Source: Deltaproteobacteria bacterium
GTDB lineage: Bacteria; Desulfobacterota; B13-G15; RBG-16-54-18
NCBI GenBank assembly: GCA_016927065.1
Contig: JAFGNJ010000007.1
Location: forward strand, 51,944-115,943
Length of the DNA stretch: 64,000 nucleotides
Direction: 5' to 3'
Part shown: positions 48,285 through 57,486 of the stretch, piece after piece
Layout of the letters: every line of letters begins with the position of its first letter
Position numbering within the stretch: position 1 is the stretch's first letter
Made by a program: the position numbers and the translations under genes
Notes under the pieces: model-generated
The model's input: the letters and a program-made list of their open reading frames with translations, nothing else
The model's database searches: none
Told to the model about the DNA's origin: nothing

Positions 48285-49070
48285 ATGACCCAACCCATTG
48301 CCGAAGGCGAAAGCGTCATACTCCTGGATGTGGAGGATGGTAAGGAGTTCTTCTACCGGATGCGGGAGAAGGGACATATCAACCTCCACAAGGGGAAGAT
48401 CCTCCACACCGAGATCATCGGCAAGCCCGAAGGGACGGTGGTGCGCACCTCAAGAGGGAACCCCTTCCTCGTCTTCAGGCCGACCCTCACACAGTACATC
48501 ATGCACATGAAGCGGGATACCTCCATCATCTATCCCAAAGACCTCGCCTTCATCCTCCTCTACGCCGATATCCACCCCGGCTGCACCGTTCTCGAGGCGG
48601 GGATCGGCTCCGGCTCCCTTACCCTGGCCTTGCTGCGTGCCGTAGGAACAGAGGGGAGGGTCATCTCCTATGAGCGGCGCGAGGAGTTCATCGAGCGGGC
48701 CAAAAAAAACATCCAGCTCTTTATGGGGGAGCCACCCAATTTAGAAATAAAACAGCGCGATATCTATGAAGGAATCGAGGAAACGGGGCTTGATCGGATC
48801 ATTCTCGATGTCCCAGAACCCTGGCGCGTAATACCCAACGCGGCTGAAGTCCTGCGTCTGGGCGGTATCTTTGTCGGCTATCTCCCCACCATCATTCAGG
48901 TCAAGTCCTTGGTGGACGCCCTGCGAGAGGAAAAAAGGTTTTCCTCCATCGAGGTCTTTGAGGTCCTGTTCAGAAATTGGAACATCGAAGGGCTCAGCGT
49001 GCGCCCCTTCCATCAGATGGTGGGGCATACGGGATTTTTAACCCTTGGTAGGAAAGGGGAGGCCCCTTGA
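48285..49070 (+). CDS. trmI: tRNA (adenine-N1)-methyltransferase TrmI/GCD14 family
   Basis: N-terminal beta domain followed by IIYPKD...VLEAGIGSGSLTLAL...LDVPEPW signature, 261 aa. Confidence 0.88.
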   Translation: MTQPIAEGESVILLDVEDGKEFFYRMREKGHINLHKGKILHTEIIGKPEGTVVRTSRGNPFLVFRPTLTQYIMHMKRDTSIIYPKDLAFILLYADIHPGCTVLEAGIGSGSLTLALLRAVGTEGRVISYERREEFIERAKKNIQLFMGEPPNLEIKQRDIYEGIEETGLDRIILDVPEPWRVIPNAAEVLRLGGIFVGYLPTIIQVKSLVDALREEKRFSSIEVFEVLFRNWNIEGLSVRPFHQMVGHTGFLTLGRKGEAP

Positions 49071-49093
49071 TCCAACCCCAGCTATGCTCTTCA

Positions 49094-49156
49094 AATCCCC
49101 CCTTCCCCCCTGGCCAAAGGGCCACCTTCGGCTTCGGTTTTCTAAAGGGGGGTATT
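49094..49156. repeat. REP-like palindromic element between convergent trmI and sppA
   Basis: AATCCCCCC (49094..49102) and GGGGGGTATT (49147..49156) bracket CCTGGCCAAAGGGCCACC. The shadow translation (SPLPPWPKG...KGG) is of the kind produced by widespread intergenic repeats. Confidence 0.4.
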
Positions 49157-49245
49157 TCTTATGGGGTTTTGAACTTAACGCAAGGCTCAAAAAATGGAGA
49201 AATCATGCTCATTTCTTAAGGGTATGACGACAGACCTTTGTGCCC

Positions 49246-50148
49246 TTACTGATACCAAATATAATTCAACCCGGGATGGGTGGTCTCTTGCACCTCCTCC
49301 TTGAGCCGCTGGGCGACACTCTCCGTGAGGTAATCGAAAAGCGACGGCCTCCGCTTGCGGGAGTAGACCACCGAAGGTCGCCCCTCAATCCCGGCCATGG
49401 CGGCGGCCATCTCTATGGTATCTTCCAAGTTACCCAGTTCATCCACTAACCCCAACGCACGGGCCTGCTCGCCTGAGAAGATCCTCCCGTCGGCAATGGC
49501 CGCTACCTTCTCGATGGGGAGCTGCCTCCCCTTGGCCACCGCCTTGATAAACTGCTGGTGAACCGCATCAATTACCTCCTGGAGCAACGCCCTCTCTTCG
49601 GGAGTCATCTCCCGAAAGGGGGACCCGACATCCTTGTAGGTACCACTCTTGATCACGTACCCCTTATACCCGATCTTCTTCAGGAGCTCTTCGAGGTTGG
49701 AAAACTGCATAATCACCCCGATGCTCCCCGTGATGGTGCCCGGATTGGCCATAATCTTGTCGGCCCCACAGGCCACATAGTACCCCCCCGAGGCCGCCAA
49801 CCCTCCAAGAGAGGCTACGATCACCTTTCTTTCTTCCCTGGCCTTGACCACCTCCCGGTAAATCTCCTGGGACGCCCCCACTCCCCCGCCGGGGGAGTCA
49901 ATGCGCAGGACAATGGCCTTCACCTCATCATCCTCGACAAAGTAATTGATCCATCGGATGGTCTCCTTGGAGTCGGCTATAACACCGGTGATCTCCACTA
50001 CCCCCACTTTGTCCCCCCCCCTGGCGAAAGAAGGGGTCTCTGGCTGAAACATGGCCTTCAAAGCAGTAACCAGTACAATAAGGCCCACAAAGACCATCAT
50101 GATGACCGCAAGGGCGATGAACCCTATGAGAATCGATTTTTTCTTCAT
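49246..50148 (-). CDS. sppA: signal peptide peptidase SppA (36K type)
   Basis: N-terminal TM, IVLRIDSPGG, ASGGYY (Ser nucleophile context), 300 aa. Confidence 0.9.
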   Translation of the reverse strand: MKKKSILIGFIALAVIMMVFVGLIVLVTALKAMFQPETPSFARGGDKVGVVEITGVIADSKETIRWINYFVEDDEVKAIVLRIDSPGGGVGASQEIYREVVKAREERKVIVASLGGLAASGGYYVACGADKIMANPGTITGSIGVIMQFSNLEELLKKIGYKGYVIKSGTYKDVGSPFREMTPEERALLQEVIDAVHQQFIKAVAKGRQLPIEKVAAIADGRIFSGEQARALGLVDELGNLEDTIEMAAAMAGIEGRPSVVYSRKRRPSLFDYLTESVAQRLKEEVQETTHPGLNYIWYQ

Positions 50149-50174
50149 CTTCCACCTCCCTTCCCAGAAGGGCC

Positions 50175-50843
50175 TCAGCGTGATAACGTTATTTCCAACT
50201 GATGAGGGGTCAAGGAGACTACCCTGGCCTTCGAATCGCTGAAGGCATAGGAGAGAAACTTGTTGGCCAACCCCCCTACCTCTCCCCTCAAGCTTACCTG
50301 CCAGGTGAACTTGGTCGGTTCAATCTCGGAAAGTGAAAACTCCTGAATCTCGCTATTCTCTTTGAGTATTTTCTCGACTGCCAGGTAAGTCTGATAACTT
50401 CGAATGCCCGAGACCACTAGGCGAATCGTGCGAACGGCGGCTCGCTCCCCCCTGCTCAAAAGCCCCAGCGATGCCAATCGTGCCTCTATCCCCTTTGAAT
50501 CTACAACGACTTCGACCAAGGCTTGATATCCGGTGGGGATCACCGTCTTTTCCAGGATCTTATAGCTCAAGACAAAGGCATCGGCCTTCTGGTAAAACTC
50601 TTGGGACAAGGTCTCGTGTCTCCTCGTGAGGGTCTGAGGTGTGACCATGCCCTTCACAACCTCCTCTACCGCCCTCACCAATCCATCTGTAAGAGCCATC
50701 TCCAGAGTGGGGCTTGGAACAGTCTCACTCCGCTCACTCTTACCCAAGACCACAATGGGTCCCTGACCCCATCCCACACTACTGACACCGCAAAAAAACA
50801 AACTAAGCACAAAAAACAGCACTATTCTTTTCATCATTGTCAA
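50175..50843 (-). CDS. hypothetical secreted protein
   Basis: Signal peptide, no recognisable domain, host-like composition. Confidence 0.5.
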   Translation of the reverse strand: MTMMKRIVLFFVLSLFFCGVSSVGWGQGPIVVLGKSERSETVPSPTLEMALTDGLVRAVEEVVKGMVTPQTLTRRHETLSQEFYQKADAFVLSYKILEKTVIPTGYQALVEVVVDSKGIEARLASLGLLSRGERAAVRTIRLVVSGIRSYQTYLAVEKILKENSEIQEFSLSEIEPTKFTWQVSLRGEVGGLANKFLSYAFSDSKARVVSLTPHQLEITLSR

Positions 50844-50847
50844 TACC

Positions 50848-51558
50848 TCACGCAGTCGATGTATGAGTTACCCAAAGCGGACCAAAACCCTCCCTCTGAT
50901 AGGCCCGCAACATCCTCCCTTTGATCAACTCCAAGAGGGCCAGAAACGTAATGATCAACTCCGCTCGAGAAGCTAAGGGAGCAAAAAGAGAAGTAAAAGG
51001 CACCGCCTCCGTGGCCCCCTGGAGCCTTTCGTATAGTTCCTTCATCTTCTCCCGAAGGGTCACCCGCTCAAGGGTGACTTCATGAAAGTCCCTGACCTCC
51101 TGGCGCTTGAGGAGCTCGCGCAACGCATCAATAAGGTGAAAGAGGTCCGCCTCGATCTCGCCGTCCTCTATTTCTATCTCTTGCGCAGGCCTGATAAAAA
51201 CATCCACCCCCAATAACGCCTGCTGCGAAAGCTGAACGGCAGCTTCCTTGAATCTTTTGTACTCTACCAGGCGCTGGACCAGTTCAGCCCGAGGATCCTC
51301 CTCTTCTTCCTCTTCTTCTTCAAGGGGTGCAGGGAGGAGCATGCGAGATTTGATATACATGAGGGTCGCCGCCATAACCAAGAATTCCCCGGCGATGGTC
51401 AAATCGAGGGCTTTCATAATCCTGATGTATTCCAAATATTGCTCGGTGACTAAGGCAATGGGTATATCGTAAATATCGAGTTGATTTTGCTTAATAAGAT
51501 GCAACAAGAGGTCCAACGGCCCCTCAAAGACATCCACCTTGACGGTATACCCTTCCAT
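50848..51558 (-). CDS. scpA: segregation and condensation protein A
   Basis: FEGPLDLLLHLIKQNQLDIYDIPIA signature, 236 aa. Confidence 0.88.
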   Translation of the reverse strand: MEGYTVKVDVFEGPLDLLLHLIKQNQLDIYDIPIALVTEQYLEYIRIMKALDLTIAGEFLVMAATLMYIKSRMLLPAPLEEEEEEEEDPRAELVQRLVEYKRFKEAAVQLSQQALLGVDVFIRPAQEIEIEDGEIEADLFHLIDALRELLKRQEVRDFHEVTLERVTLREKMKELYERLQGATEAVPFTSLFAPLASRAELIITFLALLELIKGRMLRAYQREGFGPLWVTHTSTA

Positions 51559-51560
51559 GG

Positions 51561-52550
51561 CTACATCCCTATAGCCTCCCTGACCTCAACCATTGTCTGC
51601 CGGGCCACCTCCTGCGCCCTCCTGGTTCCCTCGTGGATTATCTCATCCACCTCCGCCAGGTGGGTGAGATAATGTTGTCGCTTTTCCTGGATCGGGGCCA
51701 AGTACGCTTCCAACTTCTTGAGCAGCATCTGTTTGCAATCCTTACACCCGATCCCTGCGCGACGGCACTCTGTGTCAATCTCCGCCACGACGTCTGAATC
51801 ACTATAGATGCGGTGATAGGGAAAGAGACCGCACACATCAGGATCGCCAGGGTCTTTCCGGTATCCCCTTTGCGGATCAGTAACCATCTGCTCGATCTTG
51901 AGCGCAAGCATATCCGCGGGATCGGAGATAAAAATGGCGTTGTCGTAGCTCTTGCTCATCTTCCTTCCATCGGTCCCTCCCAAGTTGGGAACGTCCGTCA
52001 ATAACGCCTCGGGAGGAGGGAATGTCTCTTGGTAAAGATAGTTAAAGCGGCGGGCTATCTCCCTGGTGATCTCCAGATGAGGGAGTTGATCCTTCCCCAC
52101 CGGGACATAATCCCCCTTGTAGATGAGGATATCGGCGGCCTGCAATACCGGATAGCCGAGAAACCCATACGTCCCTATGTCCTTATCCGCCAGCTCCTCT
52201 TGCTGTTCCTTATAGGTGGGATTGCGCTCCAACCAGCTGAGGGGGGTAATCATGGAGAGGAGGAGATGAAGCTCCGCGTGCTCCTTGACCCACGACTGAA
52301 CAAAGAGGGTGCTACGCTGGGGGTCAAGCCCAACGCTCAACCAGTCTATGATCATCTCGGTCAGGCTCTCCTTGATGACGGCGGTGTTCTTATACTCAGA
52401 GGTAAGGGCGTGCCAATCCGCTGCAAAGTAAAAGCATTCGTACTCATCCTGCAAATCACGCCAGTTCTCCAGGATACCATGGAGATGCCCTAAGTGGGTC
52501 TTTCCTGTGGGTCGCATGCCGCTCAATATCCGCTTCCGCTTCTTCACCAT
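51561..52550 (-). CDS. trpS: tryptophan--tRNA ligase
   Basis: SGMRPTGKTHLGHLHG (HIGH) and KMSKS motifs, 329 aa. Confidence 0.95.
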   Translation of the reverse strand: MVKKRKRILSGMRPTGKTHLGHLHGILENWRDLQDEYECFYFAADWHALTSEYKNTAVIKESLTEMIIDWLSVGLDPQRSTLFVQSWVKEHAELHLLLSMITPLSWLERNPTYKEQQEELADKDIGTYGFLGYPVLQAADILIYKGDYVPVGKDQLPHLEITREIARRFNYLYQETFPPPEALLTDVPNLGGTDGRKMSKSYDNAIFISDPADMLALKIEQMVTDPQRGYRKDPGDPDVCGLFPYHRIYSDSDVVAEIDTECRRAGIGCKDCKQMLLKKLEAYLAPIQEKRQHYLTHLAEVDEIIHEGTRRAQEVARQTMVEVREAIGM

Positions 52551-52718
52551 ACGTTGGTACTCCTTCGATTGATATCCTTACGAAACCGCAAACTCCTCAA
52601 CGCGTAACGGCGGTAGCTTGTGACCACCGTCTTCGGCGGAGGAGCAAGACGATGCTTTATAAACAGCACTGTACGAGACGCTTTGTTAAATTATCAGAGC
52701 ACAACAACAAAGTCAAAC

Positions 52719-55331
52719 TCACAGATCGAGGTAGTGAGTCTTTACATACTTCATCTCATCCTCTTTATTCTTGACCTTGCCTACGAGACGGGCCAAGAGG
52801 AGGGAATCGAGGATCTCACGGTAGAGGGGGCCCGGTTGAATGCCTAACGCCTGTAGGTCCTTCCCCCGCAGACTCACCTTCATTGCGGTAAGCTTGGTAA
52901 AAAAAAGGGAAATCGCCTTTTTTATCCCCTTTTCCTCCGTCTTGGCCATGATATACAGGAGGGCCTCAATGGAAAGGGGTTTGAAGAGGGTATAGATATC
53001 TGCGGGAGTCATCCGCTTGCGGCGCGCCCGTTGCAAGACCTTGCGACCCTCACCCCTCCCCTCTATGAATCTCTTTGTGTGCCGGGGGGAAAGGGAAAGC
53101 CTCTGAGACAATTCCTCCAAATCCTTCAGGGGCAAGTGGTCGGTCAACCCGAAAAAATAGACCATCCATTTCGCGTAGCTCTCCTCTAAAAAGAGGAGGT
53201 CGAACCAGGTGATCACCTCATACACCTTCGTCAGGAGGGCCTTGGCGTGGTCGTCATACTGTAAATGTGGATGGAGGAATGGGAGGAGATCGAATTCAGC
53301 CATCCGCTCCACCATGGGGAGGGGATTCTCCTCTCGCAAGATCAACTCCATCTCCGAAAAGAGCCTCGCCCCGCTCAATCGCTCCAAAAAACCCTTGGAG
53401 ATGGCATTCTTTATCAAGCCCTGGGTCTGTTTCCCAATATGAAAGCCGAACCGCTGCTCAAAACGGATAGCCCTGAAGATGCGCGAAGGATCCTCCACAA
53501 AACTCAGGTTGTGGAGGACATTGATCACCCCCTCTTTCACATCACGCTGCCCCCCGAAAAAGTCGAGCAGTTGCCCAAAGGCCCCCGGCCTCAACTCGAT
53601 GGCCAAGGTGTTGATCGTAAAGTCTCTGCGGAAGAGGTCCATCTTGATAGAACTGATCTCTACGGTCGGAGGGGCGGCGGGGCGTTCATAGTATTCCATC
53701 CGTGCCGTGGCCACATCGACCTTATAACCGTCGGGGAAAAAAAGAGTGGCGGTCTTCATCCGCTTGTGCGCCTTTACACGGCACCCCATCTGAGCACCGA
53801 AGACCTGCGCGAAGCGAATGCCATCTCCCTCAACCACCACATCGATATCGTAGTTCTCCCGCCTCATAAGCAGATCTCTGACGAAACCACCGACCGCATA
53901 CACCTGGTACCCAACCTCCTCTCCAACCTGACCTAACGCGCGCAGGAGAGAGACGAGGTCGGGGGATAACCGTTCAGTGATGAGCTTGGCCACGGCCTTC
54001 TTTCTCGTCGAGGGGGGGGCGAGCGGTGAAGGAGTAAGGGTATCGTGCAAGGCCCGCAAGAGGTCTGTTCGGGTGATTCCCCCAATGAGCCGCCGTTCTT
54101 CCACTACCGGCAAAAACCGCTGGTTTTCCCCCACGATGTAGCCCTGCACCTCTCGCAGGGGGGTATCGGCCTGTACAATTGAAAAATCGGTAGTCATATA
54201 TTCCTCTACCATCATATCTCCGAGCCCATGGAGCATGGCCCGCTCTACAATCGGTCTGGAAATCAAACCCACCACCTGTTCCCCTTTCAGAACAGGTAAT
54301 ACGTGGATGTTATAATATTTACTCATGATATTGTGGGCCTCAGTAAGGGTATCATCCTGCCGGATGGTCTTAAGGGGGTGGATCATGATATCTCTGGCTC
54401 GTATCCGCGGTTTCACAATCTCATGCAAAACCCCCAGCAGTCTCTCCTTGGTCTCGACCATGGTCAAATCCCTGATGGTGGCCGAGGCAGCAGTGGAGTG
54501 GCCTCCTCCACCAAACGCTAAGGCCACCTCGGCAACGTCTACCTCCGCCACCCTGCTCCGAGCGATGAGATAGATCCGATCCTCCATGGTGATCAAGGCA
54601 AAAACACAGTTGAGATTCTCCATGTCCTTCAGTTTATGGACTAAAACCGCCACGTCTCCGATATAGCTGCCGGACGAACCGGTAGTTACCACTACCTCCA
54701 CCCCTCGAATGTCATAGCGTTCCGCAGAGCTGATAAGGTCATTGAGCAAAAAGACTTGTTCGGCGCTCAGCTCCCTGGTAATCATATCGGAGACGACATT
54801 GAGACTCGCCCCCTGTGCGAGGAGATAGGCAGCGGCGTAGAAATCCTCCTCGGTTGTGGAACTGAACGTGAGGGAACCCGTGTCTTCATAAATCCCCAAC
54901 ATCATAATAGTCGCCTCATCAGGGGTGAGAGAGATACCATGCTCCCGCAATATCCTGAGAAGAATTGTAATCGTAGCCCCTTTCTCTTCGACAACCTCCA
55001 CGGTCCCCGTTACATCGTCCACAGAGGGAGGATGGTGGTCGTAGACATGGATCTCGAGACCCGGTGTATCCACGATCTCGGCAAACCGCCCGATGCGGGA
55101 CCGCTGTCTGGTGTCCACCATGATAAGCCTGGTGATCTTTGCCAAATCGATATCCTTCACCCGATCCGCTTCCAAGACATAGAAGGTAGAGCGGACAAAG
55201 AAATCCCGCAGGCTCTTTTCCTGAGATCCGGGAAATACCAATTTGGCCTCTGGGTACAGCTTGTGGGCCGCTAACAGAGAGGCCAAGGCATCAAAATCAG
55301 CATTGACATGGGTAATGATGACTTCCATCAA
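52719..55331 (-). CDS. DHH/DHHA1 phosphoesterase - CBS pair - tRNA nucleotidyltransferase/poly(A) polymerase fusion
   Basis: N-terminus ITHVNADFDALASL (DHH) and GGGHSTAAS (DHHA1), then two CBS modules. The C-terminal pol-beta head is VYAVGGFVRDLLM...DIDVVV...RDFTINTLA. Confidence 0.85.
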   Translation of the reverse strand: MMEVIITHVNADFDALASLLAAHKLYPEAKLVFPGSQEKSLRDFFVRSTFYVLEADRVKDIDLAKITRLIMVDTRQRSRIGRFAEIVDTPGLEIHVYDHHPPSVDDVTGTVEVVEEKGATITILLRILREHGISLTPDEATIMMLGIYEDTGSLTFSSTTEEDFYAAAYLLAQGASLNVVSDMITRELSAEQVFLLNDLISSAERYDIRGVEVVVTTGSSGSYIGDVAVLVHKLKDMENLNCVFALITMEDRIYLIARSRVAEVDVAEVALAFGGGGHSTAASATIRDLTMVETKERLLGVLHEIVKPRIRARDIMIHPLKTIRQDDTLTEAHNIMSKYYNIHVLPVLKGEQVVGLISRPIVERAMLHGLGDMMVEEYMTTDFSIVQADTPLREVQGYIVGENQRFLPVVEERRLIGGITRTDLLRALHDTLTPSPLAPPSTRKKAVAKLITERLSPDLVSLLRALGQVGEEVGYQVYAVGGFVRDLLMRRENYDIDVVVEGDGIRFAQVFGAQMGCRVKAHKRMKTATLFFPDGYKVDVATARMEYYERPAAPPTVEISSIKMDLFRRDFTINTLAIELRPGAFGQLLDFFGGQRDVKEGVINVLHNLSFVEDPSRIFRAIRFEQRFGFHIGKQTQGLIKNAISKGFLERLSGARLFSEMELILREENPLPMVERMAEFDLLPFLHPHLQYDDHAKALLTKVYEVITWFDLLFLEESYAKWMVYFFGLTDHLPLKDLEELSQRLSLSPRHTKRFIEGRGEGRKVLQRARRKRMTPADIYTLFKPLSIEALLYIMAKTEEKGIKKAISLFFTKLTAMKVSLRGKDLQALGIQPGPLYREILDSLLLARLVGKVKNKEDEMKYVKTHYLDL

Positions 55332-55460
55332 TCATACCCCCTGAGCTTTTATACCCTAGATGGGAACCCTCTGTAAAGATATGAAGACAAGGATTTTCTT
55401 GCACCAATCAGCTATTTGTGGTAGAGCTTTAGTCAATCAAGCAAAAACAAGGAGCATAGT

Positions 55461-55727
55461 ATGGCCAAATGTCTCAAGTGCGGCAACAAGGTGCATTTCA
55501 ACATGTGGTGTTCCATTCAAAAGGTGCTTGAGGTAGAACTCAATGAGCATGAAGAAGTAATGGAAATCGTCGGTGAACCAGAGGATGAAAGCTTACGTAA
55601 TTTAGAGGTTGTTGAACTAATGGAGGCAGATCTAACCTTCTCAATGGTCAGCTGCGCCTGGTGCGGAAGCAAGGCTATTGAGATAAATGGTAAAAGAGAA
55701 ATCCTTCCACTCCGTATCCACCAGTAA
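55461..55727 (+). CDS. small zinc-ribbon-like hypothetical protein
   Basis: 88 aa with CLKCG near the N-terminus and CAWCG near the C-terminus. AAGGAG SD lies upstream. Confidence 0.45.
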   Translation: MAKCLKCGNKVHFNMWCSIQKVLEVELNEHEEVMEIVGEPEDESLRNLEVVELMEADLTFSMVSCAWCGSKAIEINGKREILPLRIHQ

Positions 55728-55744
55728 AAAACGCAATAGCAGTC

Positions 55745-56554
55745 TCACCCCTCCTCGGGAGAAGGCAGTGTAAGCCGGACTACCTCCCCTACCCCCCCCA
55801 AAATTCCCATATCTTTACCATCGAAGGTCACGGTGACACCCCCCGCATTTCCAATCAAAATCGCCAAGGAGTGTGACGTCTTATATGAATAGCTTTCCCC
55901 TGGATTGAGGATAACATCAAGGGGGAGCGAGGACTCCTCGTGTACTTGTATCCAAGTCGTATCCGCGGCCTTGATGACAAGAGTGTGCTCGATAAGGGGT
56001 GGAGGTGTCTCTTCCACAACCTCTCCCATATTCTTTGTGTCGGCTGAACGAGAGAGGAGAGGCGTGGTTTCCTTTACCAAAGAAAGAGCGGAAGGAGACT
56101 GCAACTCGTCAGTGGAAACTGTGTGCTGCTGTTCTACGGTGAAATCCTTAGCGAGCGTCTCCTGTGTACCCTGTTGAGGACCGCGTTCGGGGAAAAAGAG
56201 GAACGTAAGGACAACAATGATGATCAAGCCAATGCCCCCCGCAAACATATATTTCGTGGGAATCTTTCGTTTCCCCTCGGGCATCGATCCTTCTTTCTCC
56301 GCGGCTTTGTTTCCCTCTTCCTGCAACTGGGAATATTTAAGCAGGACTTCTTTGGGGTCTAATCCAACATGGCGGGCGTAGGCCTCGGCAAACCCCTTGA
56401 CAACGACCTCCGGAAGAAGGGTCTCACCTTCGTCCCTCTCGATAGCATCCAAAATGACGCGGCGGATCTTGGTAGCCCGACTGATCTCGGCCAAAGAGAT
56501 CTTCTTTGCCTCACGCGCGCTCTTAAGATATGCTCCGAAGCTCTCCATCTGCAT
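55745..56554 (-). CDS. rodZ: RodZ-like cytoskeleton protein (HTH - TM - DUF4115)
   Basis: N-terminal XRE-type HTH (GAYLKSAREAKKISLAEISRATKI), a single TM, and a C-terminal beta-rich domain like DUF4115. Confidence 0.75.
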   Translation of the reverse strand: MQMESFGAYLKSAREAKKISLAEISRATKIRRVILDAIERDEGETLLPEVVVKGFAEAYARHVGLDPKEVLLKYSQLQEEGNKAAEKEGSMPEGKRKIPTKYMFAGGIGLIIIVVLTFLFFPERGPQQGTQETLAKDFTVEQQHTVSTDELQSPSALSLVKETTPLLSRSADTKNMGEVVEETPPPLIEHTLVIKAADTTWIQVHEESSLPLDVILNPGESYSYKTSHSLAILIGNAGGVTVTFDGKDMGILGGVGEVVRLTLPSPEEG

Positions 56555-56598
56555 TACATCATACTATAGAGCGTGCTCTGAGCTTTGTCAATTCTCAG

Positions 56599-57486
56599 TT
56601 ACGTAAGTCCGAACTCCCGCAAGTCATACTCCTTCTTCGTCCAGTCCTTCTGCACCCGCACCCATAGGTCCAGATATACCCGCGCGCTAAGGAGCGCCTC
56701 CAGATCCATGCGGGCCTGCCTCCCGATCTCCTTTAACTTGTTGCCACCTTTGCCGATCAGGATCCCCTTTTGAGAATCTTTTTCAACATTGATCGCGGCC
56801 CTGATGAAGATTGCTCCTTCATCCCGCTCTTTGAACTCCTCCACCACCACGGCGCAAGAATAGGGAATCTCCTGATAGGTACAATGAAAGATCTTCTCTC
56901 GAATGATCTCTCGCGCCATGAACCGCTCCGTCTGATCGGTCATGACATCTGCCGAATAATAGGGGGGACCGAGGGGAAGATGCGCTACGATCTCGCTTTC
57001 TAGTTGATCAACTCCCGTCCCCACCAGGGCCGATATCGGTATGACCTTAACATACGGAAGAGGGGGGACAACTTCGGGTACGGCATCCATTCCTGTTAAG
57101 TCGATTTTATTGATCACTAAGATAATCGGCGTTCCGACCTCTTGCAGGAGTCCCTCTATCAATTTCTCCCCTTCGGGAAAGGGATCAGGCGCCTCCACCA
57201 TGTGGACTATCACATCCGCATCATGCAAAGCGCCTTTGGCCGCGGTAAGCATAGACCTGTTGAGCTTGGACGGGGCGTCATGGATCCCCGGCGTATCGAC
57301 GAGGAGTATCTGGGCCGCAGGCAGGGTCTTAATCCCCAGGATCCTGTTCCATGTAGTCTGGGGTTTGGGGGAAATGATGGCGATCTTTTCCCCCACAAGT
57401 CGATTGATGAGAGTGGATTTACCTACATTGGGCCGCCCCACGATGGGGACGACGCCCGAGCGGAACTCACTATTCTGATTCTTCAA
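56599..57486 (-). CDS. era: GTPase Era
   Basis: FRSGVVPIVGRPNVGKSTL (G1), DTPG (G3), NKID (G4) and a C-terminal KH domain. The ORF opens at 57555, but that would overlap mlaD by 86 nt. TTG 57486 gives the canonical N-terminus, so the start is uncertain. Confidence 0.88.
   Translation of the reverse strand: MKNQNSEFRSGVVPIVGRPNVGKSTLINRLVGEKIAIISPKPQTTWNRILGIKTLPAAQILLVDTPGIHDAPSKLNRSMLTAAKGALHDADVIVHMVEAPDPFPEGEKLIEGLLQEVGTPIILVINKIDLTGMDAVPEVVPPLPYVKVIPISALVGTGVDQLESEIVAHLPLGPPYYSADVMTDQTERFMAREIIREKIFHCTYQEIPYSCAVVVEEFKERDEGAIFIRAAINVEKDSQKGILIGKGGNKLKEIGRQARMDLEALLSARVYLDLWVRVQKDWTKKEYDLREFGLT

Noticed and set aside
52551-52718. A possible T-box or other leader upstream of trpS (GGTGGTCAC...ACCGCC on the minus strand).
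   Set aside because: The conserved T-box sequence (GGGTGGTACCGCG) is interrupted by an extra 7 nt. I could identify no specifier loop or terminator/antiterminator pair, so it is most likely coincidental.
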